Source: Verrucomicrobiota bacterium
Lineage (GTDB): Bacteria > Verrucomicrobiota > Verrucomicrobiia > Limisphaerales > UBA1096
Assembly: GCA_030747575.1 (NCBI GenBank)
Contig: JASLKI010000258.1
Span: forward strand, 1 to 40,840
Reading direction: 5' to 3'
DNA: 40,840 nucleotides
In this document: positions 7,754 to 17,491 of the stretch, in pieces
How positions within the stretch are numbered: the first letter of the stretch is position 1
Layout: every line of letters begins with the position of its first letter
Made by a program: the position numbers and the translations under genes
Notes under the pieces: generated by a model
What the model was told of the DNA's origin: nothing
The model's database searches: none
What the model saw: the letters and a program-made list of their open reading frames with translations, nothing else

Positions 7754-8635
7754 TTAATGGACTACCTTGTTGAGGGGATACTCGATGATTCCCTCGGCTC
7801 CGGCGGTCTTGAGTGCCGGGATAATCTCCCGGGCAACAGCTTCCTCGATGATGGTTTCAACCGCCACCCAGCCTCGCCCACTCAAGCCGGAAACGGTTGG
7901 ATTACGCAAGGCAGGGAGCTTTTTCAACACCTTTGACAGATTTTTTTCCTCTATGTTGAATTTCATGCCGACCTTGGTCTCGGCGTCGAGCGCGCCCCGC
8001 AGGAGCATTGCGATAGTCTCGATCTTGTTACGCTTCCAGCTGTTTTTCCAAGTTTCACGGTTGGAAATCAGCCGCGGGGTGGAGGAAAGCAGCTCATCAA
8101 TAATGCGTAATTTGTTCGCCACAAGACTCGATCCGGTCTCCGTGACTTCGACGATAGCATCGACCAGTTCGCGCGCCTTCACCTCGGTGGCGCCCCAGGA
8201 AAACTCGACGCTGGCCTTGACGTCGTTTTTACGCAGATACTTTTTGGTGAGGTTCACGACCTCGGTGGCGATGCGCTTGCCTTTCAGGCCTTTGACGCTT
8301 TTGATGGGCGACTCCTCCGGCACGCAGAGCACCCAGCGGGCCGGGCGGCGGGTGGCGCGGCTGAACAGTAACTCGGTGACCTCATGAACTTTGGAGCCGT
8401 TCTCCATGATCCAGTCCAGCCCGGTGATGCCACAGTCGAGATAGCCCAGCTCGACGTAGCGGCTGATTTCCTGCGCGCGGATGAGGCGAATCTCGATTTC
8501 CGGGTCGTCGATGTACGGCACCAGCGAACGGTTGTTGACGCGGATGTTATACCCTGCCTTGGCCATCTTCTCGATGGTCGGTTTCTCCAGACTGCCCTTG
8601 GGCAGTCCGAATCGGATGATTTTCTTTTTACTCAT
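7754..8635 (-). CDS. hisG: ATP phosphoribosyltransferase
   Basis: 293 aa. IRFGLPKGSL at the N-terminus, LIRAQEISRYVELGYLDCGITGLDW, and a C-terminal regulatory-domain-length extension. Confidence 0.9.
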   Translation of the reverse strand: MSKKKIIRFGLPKGSLEKPTIEKMAKAGYNIRVNNRSLVPYIDDPEIEIRLIRAQEISRYVELGYLDCGITGLDWIMENGSKVHEVTELLFSRATRRPARWVLCVPEESPIKSVKGLKGKRIATEVVNLTKKYLRKNDVKASVEFSWGATEVKARELVDAIVEVTETGSSLVANKLRIIDELLSSTPRLISNRETWKNSWKRNKIETIAMLLRGALDAETKVGMKFNIEEKNLSKVLKKLPALRNPTVSGLSGRGWVAVETIIEEAVAREIIPALKTAGAEGIIEYPLNKVVH

Positions 8636-8773
8636 GTATTTGCCGCCGCGCTGTCAGCTTGGCCTGGGCACGGCCGTAGCGCTTGACGGATTGCTTCACC
8701 CGAGTGGCCGGGTTGAATAGCCAAGTCCTGCGCGGCAGTTTTATGTTCATCTTCATACTCCATGCGGAGTGTG

Positions 8774-9367
8774 CTAAACGCGAATCTCGCCGTTAAACAA
8801 ACGGGCGAGTGTTCGCGGATAAAGCGTGTGTTCCTCTTGCTGGATGCGCTGGTGAAGCGTTGCCGCGGTGTCGTCCTCAAGCACGGGCACTACGCCCTGC
8901 GCGAGAATGGAGCCTGTGTCGATGCCGTGATCCACCATGTGAACGGTGCAACCGGTGGCCTTCACCCCGTAATCGTGCGCCTGCTTCCAAGCCTCCAGCC
9001 CGGGAAATGCGGGCAGCAAAGAGGGGTGAATATTAACGACCTTTTTCTCGAATGCACGCAGAAAATCACCCTTCAAAATACGCATGAAACCAGCCAAAGC
9101 CACCCACTCGGCCCCGGATTCACGGAGCGCGGCGACGTAGGCAGCCTCGGCAGTTTCGTCCAATTTGGTGCGAAATTTACCCGGCTCGATAAACCGGGCC
9201 GACAGGCCGAATCCTGCGGCGCGCTCCAGAATCCCCGCATCGGCGACATCGCTGGCCACCAGCACAATGTCCGCCGGCAGCATCCCGGCGGCGCAGGCTT
9301 CGGCCAAAGAGACGAGGTTTGACCCCTTGCCGGAGCCGAGCACGGCTAGTTTGATTTTATCACTCAT
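8774..9367 (-). CDS. purN: Phosphoribosylglycinamide formyltransferase
   Basis: [35 protein letters not shown] and GCTVHMVD motifs. 197 aa. Confidence 0.9.
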   Translation of the reverse strand: MSDKIKLAVLGSGKGSNLVSLAEACAAGMLPADIVLVASDVADAGILERAAGFGLSARFIEPGKFRTKLDETAEAAYVAALRESGAEWVALAGFMRILKGDFLRAFEKKVVNIHPSLLPAFPGLEAWKQAHDYGVKATGCTVHMVDHGIDTGSILAQGVVPVLEDDTAATLHQRIQQEEHTLYPRTLARLFNGEIRV

Positions 9368-9402
9368 CCGTTTTGTCCCAAGTGGACGCGGCGCAGACTA
9401 AA

Positions 9403-9420
9403 CCAAGCGCTTGGCCAAGG
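9403..9420. repeat. Overlapping palindromes CCAAGCGCTTGG and CTTGGCCAAG in the purN-miaE divergent intergenic region
   Basis: ccaagcgcttggccaagg read directly. Both 12-mer and 10-mer palindromes are exact and share CTTGG. Confidence 0.9.
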
Positions 9421-9657
9421 GGAGTGTGAAATAGCCAATGAAAGCGCCCGCGCCTCAAGGTTGGACGGAGAGCAGTAAAGATGGAGCACAGGTGAACGGA
9501 GATTCGTGTGGTTTGAAAAAGATGAAAAGGGAGCGATTGACTTGCTTTGTGTTTACAAATCCTACGAATCCTGAAAGCCAGCATCCCATTTAAAAGTTAA
9601 ATCTGAAAACTTGAAACTCCACGTCGCTTTGCCAAGTTGGTAGCCTGCCGCCGCCGG

Positions 9658-10245
9658 ATGAAATTATCTCTTGAACTGACCGTGGCCACCAAGCCGGAGT
9701 GGGTTGTCGCCGTGATGGCTAACCTGCCGTCGTTCCTGCGGGACCACGCCGACTGCGAGCGCAAGGCCTCGGCGCTTGCGATGAGTCTCGTGGCCAAGTA
9801 CCCGGATCGACTCGAGATCATTCCGGAGTTGATCGCCACCGGCGTCGAGGAACTGGAGCATTTCCAGCAGGTTTACGAGGTGATGCGGGAGCGCGGCATT
9901 CCGTTGGCCAAGGAGATCGGGAAAGATCCGTACATCACGGCGCTGATGAAGCTGCTACACAGCGACTCGCTACGGCGGTTTCTCGACCGGCTGCTGTTGG
10001 CGTCGATCATTGAATGCCGGGGCGCGGAGCGTTTTCGCCTTGTCTCGGAGGCGCTAGACGACGACAAAGGGCTGCAGCAGTTCTACCACGACCTTTGGGT
10101 GTCCGAGGCCAGGCACGGGCATATTTTCGTCGGGATGGCCCTGGAGTATTTTGAGAAGGATAGGGTTTACTCACGGTTGACGGAATTGAATGAGGCCGAG
10201 GGCCGGATCGTCGACGGGTTGGAGTTGCGAGCCGCTTTGCACTGA
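9658..10245 (+). CDS. miaE: tRNA-(ms2io6A37)-hydroxylase
   Basis: DHADCERKASALAMSLVAKYPD, EELEHFQQV, ECRGAERF and WVSEARHG match the MiaE di-iron four-helix family. ATG at 9658 is preferred to the tracked start at 9637. Confidence 0.8.
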   Translation: MKLSLELTVATKPEWVVAVMANLPSFLRDHADCERKASALAMSLVAKYPDRLEIIPELIATGVEELEHFQQVYEVMRERGIPLAKEIGKDPYITALMKLLHSDSLRRFLDRLLLASIIECRGAERFRLVSEALDDDKGLQQFYHDLWVSEARHGHIFVGMALEYFEKDRVYSRLTELNEAEGRIVDGLELRAALH

Positions 10246-10258
10246 ACCAACTGACATC

Positions 10259-11620
10259 ATGAAAACCAAACAGAACAAGAGAGACATGACGCGCCGTCGA
10301 TTCATCGGCGCGAGTACGGTGGCCACCTTTGGCTTTCAGGTCGTGCCGAGCCGTGTGTTCGGTGCGAACAACCGTCTCGCCGTCGCCGGCATCGGCGCGG
10401 GCGGCAAGGGGCGGGCGGACATCAGCGGGGCGGCCAACGCCGGTTGCGACATCGTCGCACTGTGCGACGTGGACGAAGGCCGCGGCTCGGGGATGTTCAA
10501 TGCATACCCAAAAGCCAAGCGTTTCCCCGACTTCCGCGTGATGCTCGACAAGATGGGCGGCAGTATTGACGCCTGCACCATCTCCACGCCCGACCACACT
10601 CACGCCGCGGCAACCTCGATGGCGATGAAAATGGGCAAGCATTGCTACACGCAAAAACCGCTGACGCACGACGTGTACGAGGCGCGTTACCTGACCCACT
10701 TGGCCAAGCGCACCGGTGTCACTACGCAAATGGGAAACCAGGCGCACGCCGGCGAGCCGATCCGCCGGGCAGTCGAGTTGGTTCGCGCCGGCATCATCGG
10801 CAACGTCACCGAGGCGCACATCTGGACCAACCGCCCGATTTGGCCGCAGGGCATGACAGAGCGCCCGGTTAATGCCGACGTACCCAACGGCTTGGACTGG
10901 GATTTGTGGCTTGGACCGGCGTCGCACCGACCGTACGCCAAAGGGTACGTTCCGTTTTCGTGGCGCGGTTGGTGGGACTTTGGCACCGGGGCGCTTGGCG
11001 ACATGGCCTGCCACATCATGGACATGGCGTGGTGGAGTCTCGAGCTGGGTTCGCCGACGAGTGTGCGGGCCCGGCATGGCGGCAACACCGGGGAGAGCGC
11101 CCCGAACTGGGCCGTGATCGACTACCAATTCGGCTACCGTGGCAGCCGCCCGCCGGTGAAACTTGTCTGGTACGACGGCCAAAAGAACGGTGTGCAAAAC
11201 GCGCCGTCACTCGAGACCACCGGCGGCGTCAACATGGTTGCCAAGGGCAAAAATGGTTTCGGCTCTGTGTTGATCGGCGACAAGGGACGGATGTTTTTCA
11301 GTCGCAGAGGCACGGGCTGGAGGATTACCGGGCGCGACGAGGACGAGGTGAAACAGATTGAGGTCAACACGCCGAAAACACTGCCGCGAACCAAGGGCAA
11401 CTACGTCGAGTGGGTGAATGCCTCCACTGGGAACGGTCACAAGCCGCTGAGTCGTTTTGAGATCGCCGGGCCGTTCACAGAGATGGTGTTGCTGGGCAAC
11501 CTGGCTATCCGCGCTGGTGAGCCGGTGCAATGGGACGCGAAGGAGTTACGCTCGACCAACAGCGAAAAAGCCAATCGTTACGTTCGTCGGGAATATCGCC
11601 AAGGCTGGAAACTCTCATGA
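10259..11620 (+). CDS. Gfo/Idh/MocA family oxidoreductase with a twin-arginine (TAT) signal
   Basis: MKTKQNKRDMTRRRFIGASTVA TAT motif and LAVAGIGAGGKGRADI Rossmann motif. The internal ATG at 10259 is preferred because the tracked start overlaps miaE. Confidence 0.85.
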   Translation: MKTKQNKRDMTRRRFIGASTVATFGFQVVPSRVFGANNRLAVAGIGAGGKGRADISGAANAGCDIVALCDVDEGRGSGMFNAYPKAKRFPDFRVMLDKMGGSIDACTISTPDHTHAAATSMAMKMGKHCYTQKPLTHDVYEARYLTHLAKRTGVTTQMGNQAHAGEPIRRAVELVRAGIIGNVTEAHIWTNRPIWPQGMTERPVNADVPNGLDWDLWLGPASHRPYAKGYVPFSWRGWWDFGTGALGDMACHIMDMAWWSLELGSPTSVRARHGGNTGESAPNWAVIDYQFGYRGSRPPVKLVWYDGQKNGVQNAPSLETTGGVNMVAKGKNGFGSVLIGDKGRMFFSRRGTGWRITGRDEDEVKQIEVNTPKTLPRTKGNYVEWVNASTGNGHKPLSRFEIAGPFTEMVLLGNLAIRAGEPVQWDAKELRSTNSEKANRYVRREYRQGWKLS

Positions 11621-12522
11621 CCTTTCGCTTGGCACTGTGGCTTGCCGCTTGGGTTTGCGGGCAGGGGTTGCTGTTTTCCCAGCCAAGCGGTGAGCCGATC
11701 TTTTCATTCGGCGTCATCGCAGACTGCCAGTACTGCAATGTCAAGGTGCCCAAGGCAGCGGCGCGACAGTACCAGTTGTCCCCGAAAAAACTGACAGAGT
11801 GTGTCGAGCACCTGAACCGGCTCGATCTGCAGTTCGTTGTGCACCTCGGCGACTTCATCGACCGCGACTTCAAGAGTTTTGCGGACGTGGCGCCAATTTA
11901 CGGCAAGCTCAAGGCCGACCATTACCACGTCCTTGGTAATCACGATTTCAGCGTGGCCGACGAACACAAGGCCAAGGTGCCCACCGCGCTTGGCCTCAAT
12001 TCGCGGTATTACCAGTTTCGTTATCACGGATATCGATTCATCGCGCTGGACGGCAACGACGTCAGCCTGCACGCCTATCCGGCGAGTGACCCGCGCCACA
12101 AGGCCGCCGAGGTGGCTCACAGGAAACTGCCAAGCGGCACACCGACCTGGAACGGAGCCGTTGGGCAAGCGCAGCTCGACTGGTTAATAAAGGCGTTAAA
12201 CGAGGCCGAGCGGGCGGGGGAGCGGGTGGTTCTGTTCTGCCATTTTCCGGTGTACCCGGAGAACGTCCACAACCTTTGGAATGCCGCCGAGGTGCTGGCC
12301 GTGGCACGGGAGAATAGAAGTGTCGTGGCGTACATGAACGGCCACAATCACGCCGGAAATTACGGCCGCTTGGCCAACCGGCACTTTGTGACGTTTACGG
12401 GGATGGTGGACACGGAGGAGACGGCCTACGCCATCGTAAACGTCCACGCAGACCGGCTGGAGATCAAGGGGTTTGGCCGGCAGAAAAACATGACTCTGCC
12501 GTTAGCGGAGAACGGAGATTAG
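11617..12522 (+). CDS. Secreted calcineurin-like metallophosphoesterase (ADPRibase-Mn-like)
   Basis: ATGA overlap with the upstream stop. Signal-like MTFRLALWLAAWVCGQGLLFS. FGVIADCQY, HLGDFIDRD, GNHDF and NGHNH metallophosphatase motifs. Confidence 0.8.
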   Translation: MTFRLALWLAAWVCGQGLLFSQPSGEPIFSFGVIADCQYCNVKVPKAAARQYQLSPKKLTECVEHLNRLDLQFVVHLGDFIDRDFKSFADVAPIYGKLKADHYHVLGNHDFSVADEHKAKVPTALGLNSRYYQFRYHGYRFIALDGNDVSLHAYPASDPRHKAAEVAHRKLPSGTPTWNGAVGQAQLDWLIKALNEAERAGERVVLFCHFPVYPENVHNLWNAAEVLAVARENRSVVAYMNGHNHAGNYGRLANRHFVTFTGMVDTEETAYAIVNVHADRLEIKGFGRQKNMTLPLAENGD

Positions 12523-13502
12523 TTGGCCGCCTTGGACAGCGACTCCTCCCTAAACTGCCCGTGGTCGCGGAATTTCTTGTACCGGGCGTCCAGTCTTTTT
12601 TTCAACGGCATTAGCTTGAGTGCCTTGAGGTGTTTGAGCAGATGTTTCTTTAGCGTGGCCGCAGTGGCTTCGGTGTCGTTGTGTGCACCACCTAGCGGTT
12701 CGGGGATAATATCGTCCACAAGGCCAAACTTTTTCAGGTGGTCGGAAGTGATCTTGAGGGCATCGGCAGCATCGGGCGCGGCGGCACGATCCTTCCACAG
12801 GATTGAGGCGCAGCCTTCCGGGCTGATGACCGAGTAATAGGCGTTCTCGAGAATGAGGACGCGGTCGGCCACGCCGATGCCCAGCGCCCCGCCGGAGCCG
12901 CCCTCGCCGATGACCACGGCGATGATCGGCACCTTGAGCGTCATCATTTCGCGGAGATTGACGGCGATGGCCTTGGCAATGTGGCGCTCCTCGGCACCGA
13001 TGCCCGGAAAGGCGCCGGCGGTGTCGATGATGGTGATTACTGGCAGGGCGAACTTGCTGGCGAGTTTCATCAGGCGCAATGCCTTGCGGTAACCCTCGGG
13101 GTGGGCGCAGCCGAAGTTGCGCATCACGTTCTCCTTGGTGTCGCGCCCCTTCTGGGTGCCCATGACCATGACCCGTGTGTCGCCCAACTTGGCGAAGCCG
13201 GTGACCATCGCCTTGTCGTCGGAGTAAAGTCGGTCGCCGTGCAGTTCGGAGAAATCGTCAAAGGTGTTCTGGAGGTAATCGAGAGTGTAGGGACGCCGGG
13301 GGTGGCGGGCGAGTTGCACGCGCTGCCAGGGGGTGAGGTTCGAGTAAATGCTCTTTCGGGTTTCCTCGATCTTGGCCCGGATCTGATCGGCTTCACTCTG
13401 GAAGTCCATCTCGACCCCGCTTGGCAGCGATGTCTTAGTCAGGGCATCCAGCTTGGCTTGAAGGTCGACAAGGGGTTGCTCAAAATCGAGGTGGGTTTTC
13501 AT
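12519..13502 (-). CDS. accA: Acetyl-CoA carboxylase carboxyltransferase subunit alpha
   Basis: LDFEQPLVDLQAKLDAL, LTPWQRVQLARHPRRPYTLDY and IDTAGAFPGIGAEERH. 327 aa. Confidence 0.92.
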   Translation of the reverse strand: MKTHLDFEQPLVDLQAKLDALTKTSLPSGVEMDFQSEADQIRAKIEETRKSIYSNLTPWQRVQLARHPRRPYTLDYLQNTFDDFSELHGDRLYSDDKAMVTGFAKLGDTRVMVMGTQKGRDTKENVMRNFGCAHPEGYRKALRLMKLASKFALPVITIIDTAGAFPGIGAEERHIAKAIAVNLREMMTLKVPIIAVVIGEGGSGGALGIGVADRVLILENAYYSVISPEGCASILWKDRAAAPDAADALKITSDHLKKFGLVDDIIPEPLGGAHNDTEATAATLKKHLLKHLKALKLMPLKKRLDARYKKFRDHGQFREESLSKAAN

Positions 13503-13724
13503 TACGGATTTGCGGGTGGCCGCTCAGGCGGGATAGTAACGGGATGCCTACGGGGTGCAACCCGTAACAGGAAAGGTTGACGCCTCAATTGCGAGGTTCT
13601 AGCTTGCGGGAGTGTTCGCCACGCGGCCTGCGTGCTTGTCGCGCAAACCGGCGTCAAGGCCCATTGCGATTGACGGTCCAAGGCGGTAATCAAGACCCTG
13701 AAACCGTGGCATGCCTGATGCTGA

Positions 13725-14885
13725 ATGAGGATCGAGATGATCAAATTCATTTTAACTAAAACCGCAACCAAGCGCTTGCCCGGGCGTTGGATCACTGCAT
13801 GGGCGATCGCACTTGGGATGTTGATCGTGCCAGGCGAGTCGCTGGGCCAAATCACCATCACGGCTAAGGACATGTTCGGCAAGGAGGGGCAGTATTATAA
13901 AATGTATTCCAACTTTGTCGGGCATTTTTCAGAAGCCGCACGGGAGGAGGTTGATGTATTCGACTACATCGGTGAGGCCGGGGGGGATCAGGTTTGGGAT
14001 TTTCGGGAGGGGCCGGAGGATGAGACGATCCGGTTCGACTATGTGAAGCCAAGCGCGATCGACACGGATTTTGAATTTGAGGGGGCGACGATCGTGGAAC
14101 GGGCGACGTTTGATTCATCCGGGAGACAAAAAAGTTTGTTCCTTGACGTGAACGCTGCCAGGGGGCGGGATGTGTACGGTTTCCATGACATCAGCATCGA
14201 CGAAGAGGATCCGGCAATACCGTTCAGCACCCGATTGAACGACTTCCCCGCAGTCATCAAGTTTGGCGACTCGTGGAACGCCAACACGACGTTCGAGTTC
14301 GTCACCCGCCAGTCGATGCTCGGGTTGGGCGACATCGAGGCACCAACCAAGCAGGTTTACCAATCTGAAATGACGGTGGACGGCCATGGTATCATCATAC
14401 TTCCGGACCTTGGTTTTAATGACTGTCTGCGGGTCAACGAACTGGTTCAGTACGACACCTTCATTAAAATTCCAGGCGTTATTGAGGATTGGCAAAAAGC
14501 CTCAACGGACTTCGTCCGGAATTACTACTGGCTGAGCAAGGACATGGGCATTGTCGCCCAGATCAGCTCCGTGCAGGACACCGTGCCAATACCGGATGAA
14601 TTCTCAATAGCAAGTGCCGTGTGGCGGCAATTTGAAAACAATCATGGTGATTCCACCGAAGTACCCCAGTCGGTGGAGGGTCTCGAAATCTCCCTCGACA
14701 CGAAGGGAAACCGGGTTTTATTGAGCTGGAAAAAAGCTGAAAATACACTTGAATATCTGGTTCAATTCAACGACAGTTTATCCGCGAACGGTTGGAAGGA
14801 TCTGAAGACAACGTCCGGAAGCTTTGCTTTGGACTCGATTTCCACCAAAAAAGCCCGGTTTTACCGGATTGTTTCGCTGGAATAA
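13725..14885 (+). CDS. Hypothetical secreted protein
   Basis: 386-aa ORF with an N-terminal signal-like segment ([20 protein letters not shown]). The C-terminal roughly 80 aa look beta-rich and Fn3-like. No family recognised. Confidence 0.55.
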   Translation: MRIEMIKFILTKTATKRLPGRWITAWAIALGMLIVPGESLGQITITAKDMFGKEGQYYKMYSNFVGHFSEAAREEVDVFDYIGEAGGDQVWDFREGPEDETIRFDYVKPSAIDTDFEFEGATIVERATFDSSGRQKSLFLDVNAARGRDVYGFHDISIDEEDPAIPFSTRLNDFPAVIKFGDSWNANTTFEFVTRQSMLGLGDIEAPTKQVYQSEMTVDGHGIIILPDLGFNDCLRVNELVQYDTFIKIPGVIEDWQKASTDFVRNYYWLSKDMGIVAQISSVQDTVPIPDEFSIASAVWRQFENNHGDSTEVPQSVEGLEISLDTKGNRVLLSWKKAENTLEYLVQFNDSLSANGWKDLKTTSGSFALDSISTKKARFYRIVSLE

Positions 14886-14889
14886 CGGA

Positions 14890-15801
14890 ATGAAAACGCA
14901 GGCGACCCAATGCTTGCCCAAGCGGCCAGGATGCTGTCCCCGATTGAGGGGGGGAGGGGGAGGCGCCGCGTTCACCCTCATTGAGTTGCTGGTTGTAATC
15001 GCCATTATTGCCATTCTGGCGGCCTTGATGCTCCCGTCGTTGTTTCAGGCCAAGAGCGCCGCTCGGTCGTTGGCCTGCAAAAATAATCTTCGCCAATACG
15101 GTATCGCGCTAAACTCATACGTCGGGGATCAGGGCCACTATCCCGTTTACAATTTTGATCCCACGGATGCGGAAGGTGTAACTCAGCAGTATTGGCACGA
15201 GCGTCTCCTGCCTTACATAGGAGTCGAGTGGTTGGAGAAAAGTCCCTTTATTTGTTCGGACTACAAAGGGACGACACTATCGGGCAATGACAATGCTGTT
15301 GCGCTGGGCAGTTACGGGTACAACGCCTTTGGCGTGAAGCTTGGCTACAGCAGCCTTGGCCTTGGGGGTACTTTCAGTCACACCCTGATTAGTGGCGACT
15401 TGGATGATGTTCCGTCCGAAGGGTCGAGGATTACCGATGGAGATGTTAGATCAACGGCAAACATGATCGCGATTGGCGACGCCACGCTGATTTGGATGAC
15501 TAAGCCGATGATCAATATTTTGTACGGGGAGGATCGTGATGAGGGTGCCAGTGGCATGGCGCATCTCGACATCAACTATAGGAATTATGTACAGCGCAAG
15601 GTCTACCCATTGAGCGACAAGATTATTGACGCGACTGAGGCGCGGCATGGGGGGCAATACAACATCAGTTTCTGTGACGGCCATGTCGAGGCATTGGATC
15701 GGACACGGCTTCATGAGCGTAGCTTCCGCGCCCTCCGACGTTGGAACAACGACAATTTACCTCACCGCGAATTGCTGAGCAACTACCAGTCCTGGCGCTG
15801 A
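14890..15801 (+). CDS. Prepilin-type N-terminal cleavage/methylation domain protein of the H-X9-DG (DUF1559-like) class
   Basis: [23 protein letters not shown] prepilin N-terminus and C-terminal [14 protein letters not shown] (H-X9-DG). ATG at 14890 lies 5 nt after the upstream stop. A TTG about 9 codons before FTLIEL is an alternative start. Confidence 0.85.
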   Translation: MKTQATQCLPKRPGCCPRLRGGGGGAAFTLIELLVVIAIIAILAALMLPSLFQAKSAARSLACKNNLRQYGIALNSYVGDQGHYPVYNFDPTDAEGVTQQYWHERLLPYIGVEWLEKSPFICSDYKGTTLSGNDNAVALGSYGYNAFGVKLGYSSLGLGGTFSHTLISGDLDDVPSEGSRITDGDVRSTANMIAIGDATLIWMTKPMINILYGEDRDEGASGMAHLDINYRNYVQRKVYPLSDKIIDATEARHGGQYNISFCDGHVEALDRTRLHERSFRALRRWNNDNLPHRELLSNYQSWR

Positions 15802-15804
15802 TGT

Positions 15805-16833
15805 TCAATCCAGTCGCAGCCACGACGCTTTTAGGTAGGCGGGTTCGGTTTTGGTAACCGGAAAATCCGGGGGTTGAATCGCCGAAAACGCCTCCACGAT
15901 TTTTCTGCCGCTTCCCCGGATTCCTCTTCTGACCTCTTCCCTGAACTTTGCATTGCTCAAGCCCGCCGCATTGCAGCAGGCAAGCAGCATTCCGCCATTG
16001 CGAACCAGGGGTGCCGCCGCCTTGGTCAAGCTGCTGTAGTCCCGCTTGGCCAGAAACACCCCGGACTGCTTCGAGCGCGAAAACGTGGGCGGATCCAGGA
16101 TGACTAAGTCATGCCTTTCCCCGCGCTTGGCCAAGCGCTTCATCCACTCTAGGGCGTCTCCGTAGATGAAATCGTGATCCTTGGGGTTCACTTGGTTGAG
16201 TAGGAAATTTTCGCGGCCCCAGTCGAGGTATTTGCGCGAGAGGTCTAGGTTGATGGTTGTGGCTCCTGTACGTGCTGCGCAGACCGAGAACGAGCAGGTA
16301 TATGAGAAAGCATTCAGTACCGTGGCAGTGCCGGGGGGCAAATTAAACACGGCGAATCCGGGTTCAATGTGGTTTGAGAGAATGCGCTGCCGGTTCTCTC
16401 TCATGTCGAGGAATAGCCCTGTAGAGTATCCTTGTTTCAGGCTCAAGCGGTACTTCAGGCCATTCTCCATCACTTCAAATTCGTCCGGAGCCTCCAATCC
16501 CATGATGATCCGAGGTGATGCGGAGGTCGTGTTGCTTCGCTGCACCATTCGGTTTAGTTTTTTGTAATAAACCCCCTTGATCTTGAGGGTGCCTTTCCAC
16601 TTTATAGCAGCCTCGAGTTGCGGGTCGGTGAGTGGCTGGGGCGACTGTATCAGCAGGAAATCGCCGAGACGGTCCACGTACAGATCCTTCCAGCGATCCG
16701 CATGGCCATGAATAAGCCGATAGGCGTTGGTTTTCGGGTCGCGACCGGATCGCAGCTTGCGCGGCGTGCCGACGGAGGATGATGGTTTTGTGTTCAACGG
16801 TTTACCAAAAGTGCCATTGCTCCTTTTCGGCAT
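15805..16833 (-). CDS. Class I SAM-dependent rRNA methyltransferase (RlmI/RlmK-like)
   Basis: YRLIHGHADRWKDLYVDRLGDFLLIQ, VLNAFSYTCSFSV and DLVILDPPTFS. ATG at 16833 is chosen (the tracked 16905 start is GTG). The start is uncertain and overlaps the upstream gene by about 32 nt. Confidence 0.78.
   Translation of the reverse strand: MPKRSNGTFGKPLNTKPSSSVGTPRKLRSGRDPKTNAYRLIHGHADRWKDLYVDRLGDFLLIQSPQPLTDPQLEAAIKWKGTLKIKGVYYKKLNRMVQRSNTTSASPRIIMGLEAPDEFEVMENGLKYRLSLKQGYSTGLFLDMRENRQRILSNHIEPGFAVFNLPPGTATVLNAFSYTCSFSVCAARTGATTINLDLSRKYLDWGRENFLLNQVNPKDHDFIYGDALEWMKRLAKRGERHDLVILDPPTFSRSKQSGVFLAKRDYSSLTKAAAPLVRNGGMLLACCNAAGLSNAKFREEVRRGIRGSGRKIVEAFSAIQPPDFPVTKTEPAYLKASWLRLD
16123..16138. repeat. 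Perfect 16-bp palindrome GCGCTTGGCCAAGCGC inside the RlmI-like CDS
   Basis: Read directly. It encodes ...KRLAKRG... on the minus strand. Confidence 0.9.
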
Positions 16834-17491
16834 AGCCGAACCCCTGCGTGATAACCCAAAGCCCAAGCAGTAGGTTGGTGACGGCGTGTGCGGTGATGGC
16901 GTCACCGATCCGGTTTGTGCGGATCACCAGTAATTGGTAAATGATGCCACAGGCAATGCCGGCCAGCCAGTGCTGGTGAGTGAATCCGAATATGATTGAT
17001 GTGATCAGGAAGGGTTTAACTGCGAACGAGTTATGTGCGGTGAACATCCAGTTCGGAGCAAGAATGTAGCGGTAGAGGAATGAGCGGTAAAACACCTCCT
17101 CAAGCATCGGCACCAGCAGCGTCGAGCCAGCGATGCGCACGCCGGCGAAAAACCAATACATTGCCGGTGCGTTATCGAAGTGGTCGGGTAGGTTCCACGA
17201 ATCGTCCGGCTGGCTCAACTTCGGGTACTGCACATCCAGCGCCACCCAGATCATAAACACCAGTGTTCCGGCAAACAACGCCTCAAAACTGATCCGCCAT
17301 CGCATCTCGGAAACCAGCGGCCAAGTCACCCAAATCATCCATGCTCCAACAAGGCACTTGGCCAGATAAACCCAGAAATGCGATTCCGGGCCAAGGCTGC
17401 CTTGGCACGAAGTGAGCAAGAGGAACACGACAAACGGCAGCGCCCTTGCAAGAAGCGGAGATGCCTTCAATATGGCGGTTAACGAGTTCAT
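16802..17491 (-). CDS. CPBP family intramembrane glutamic endopeptidase (CAAX protease-like)
   Basis: EEVFYRSFLY, FGFTHQHW and ITAHAVTNLL motifs in a polytopic membrane protein. ATGA overlap with the hisC stop. Confidence 0.8.
   Translation of the reverse strand: MNSLTAILKASPLLARALPFVVFLLLTSCQGSLGPESHFWVYLAKCLVGAWMIWVTWPLVSEMRWRISFEALFAGTLVFMIWVALDVQYPKLSQPDDSWNLPDHFDNAPAMYWFFAGVRIAGSTLLVPMLEEVFYRSFLYRYILAPNWMFTAHNSFAVKPFLITSIIFGFTHQHWLAGIACGIIYQLLVIRTNRIGDAITAHAVTNLLLGLWVITQGFGYAEKEQWHFW

Noticed and set aside
10007-11197. 396-aa minus-strand ORF antisense to the Gfo/Idh/MocA gene
   Set aside because: It is a shadow ORF with Arg/Ala/Pro/Gly-rich composition and no motifs. The plus-strand protein has a TAT signal and a Rossmann motif.
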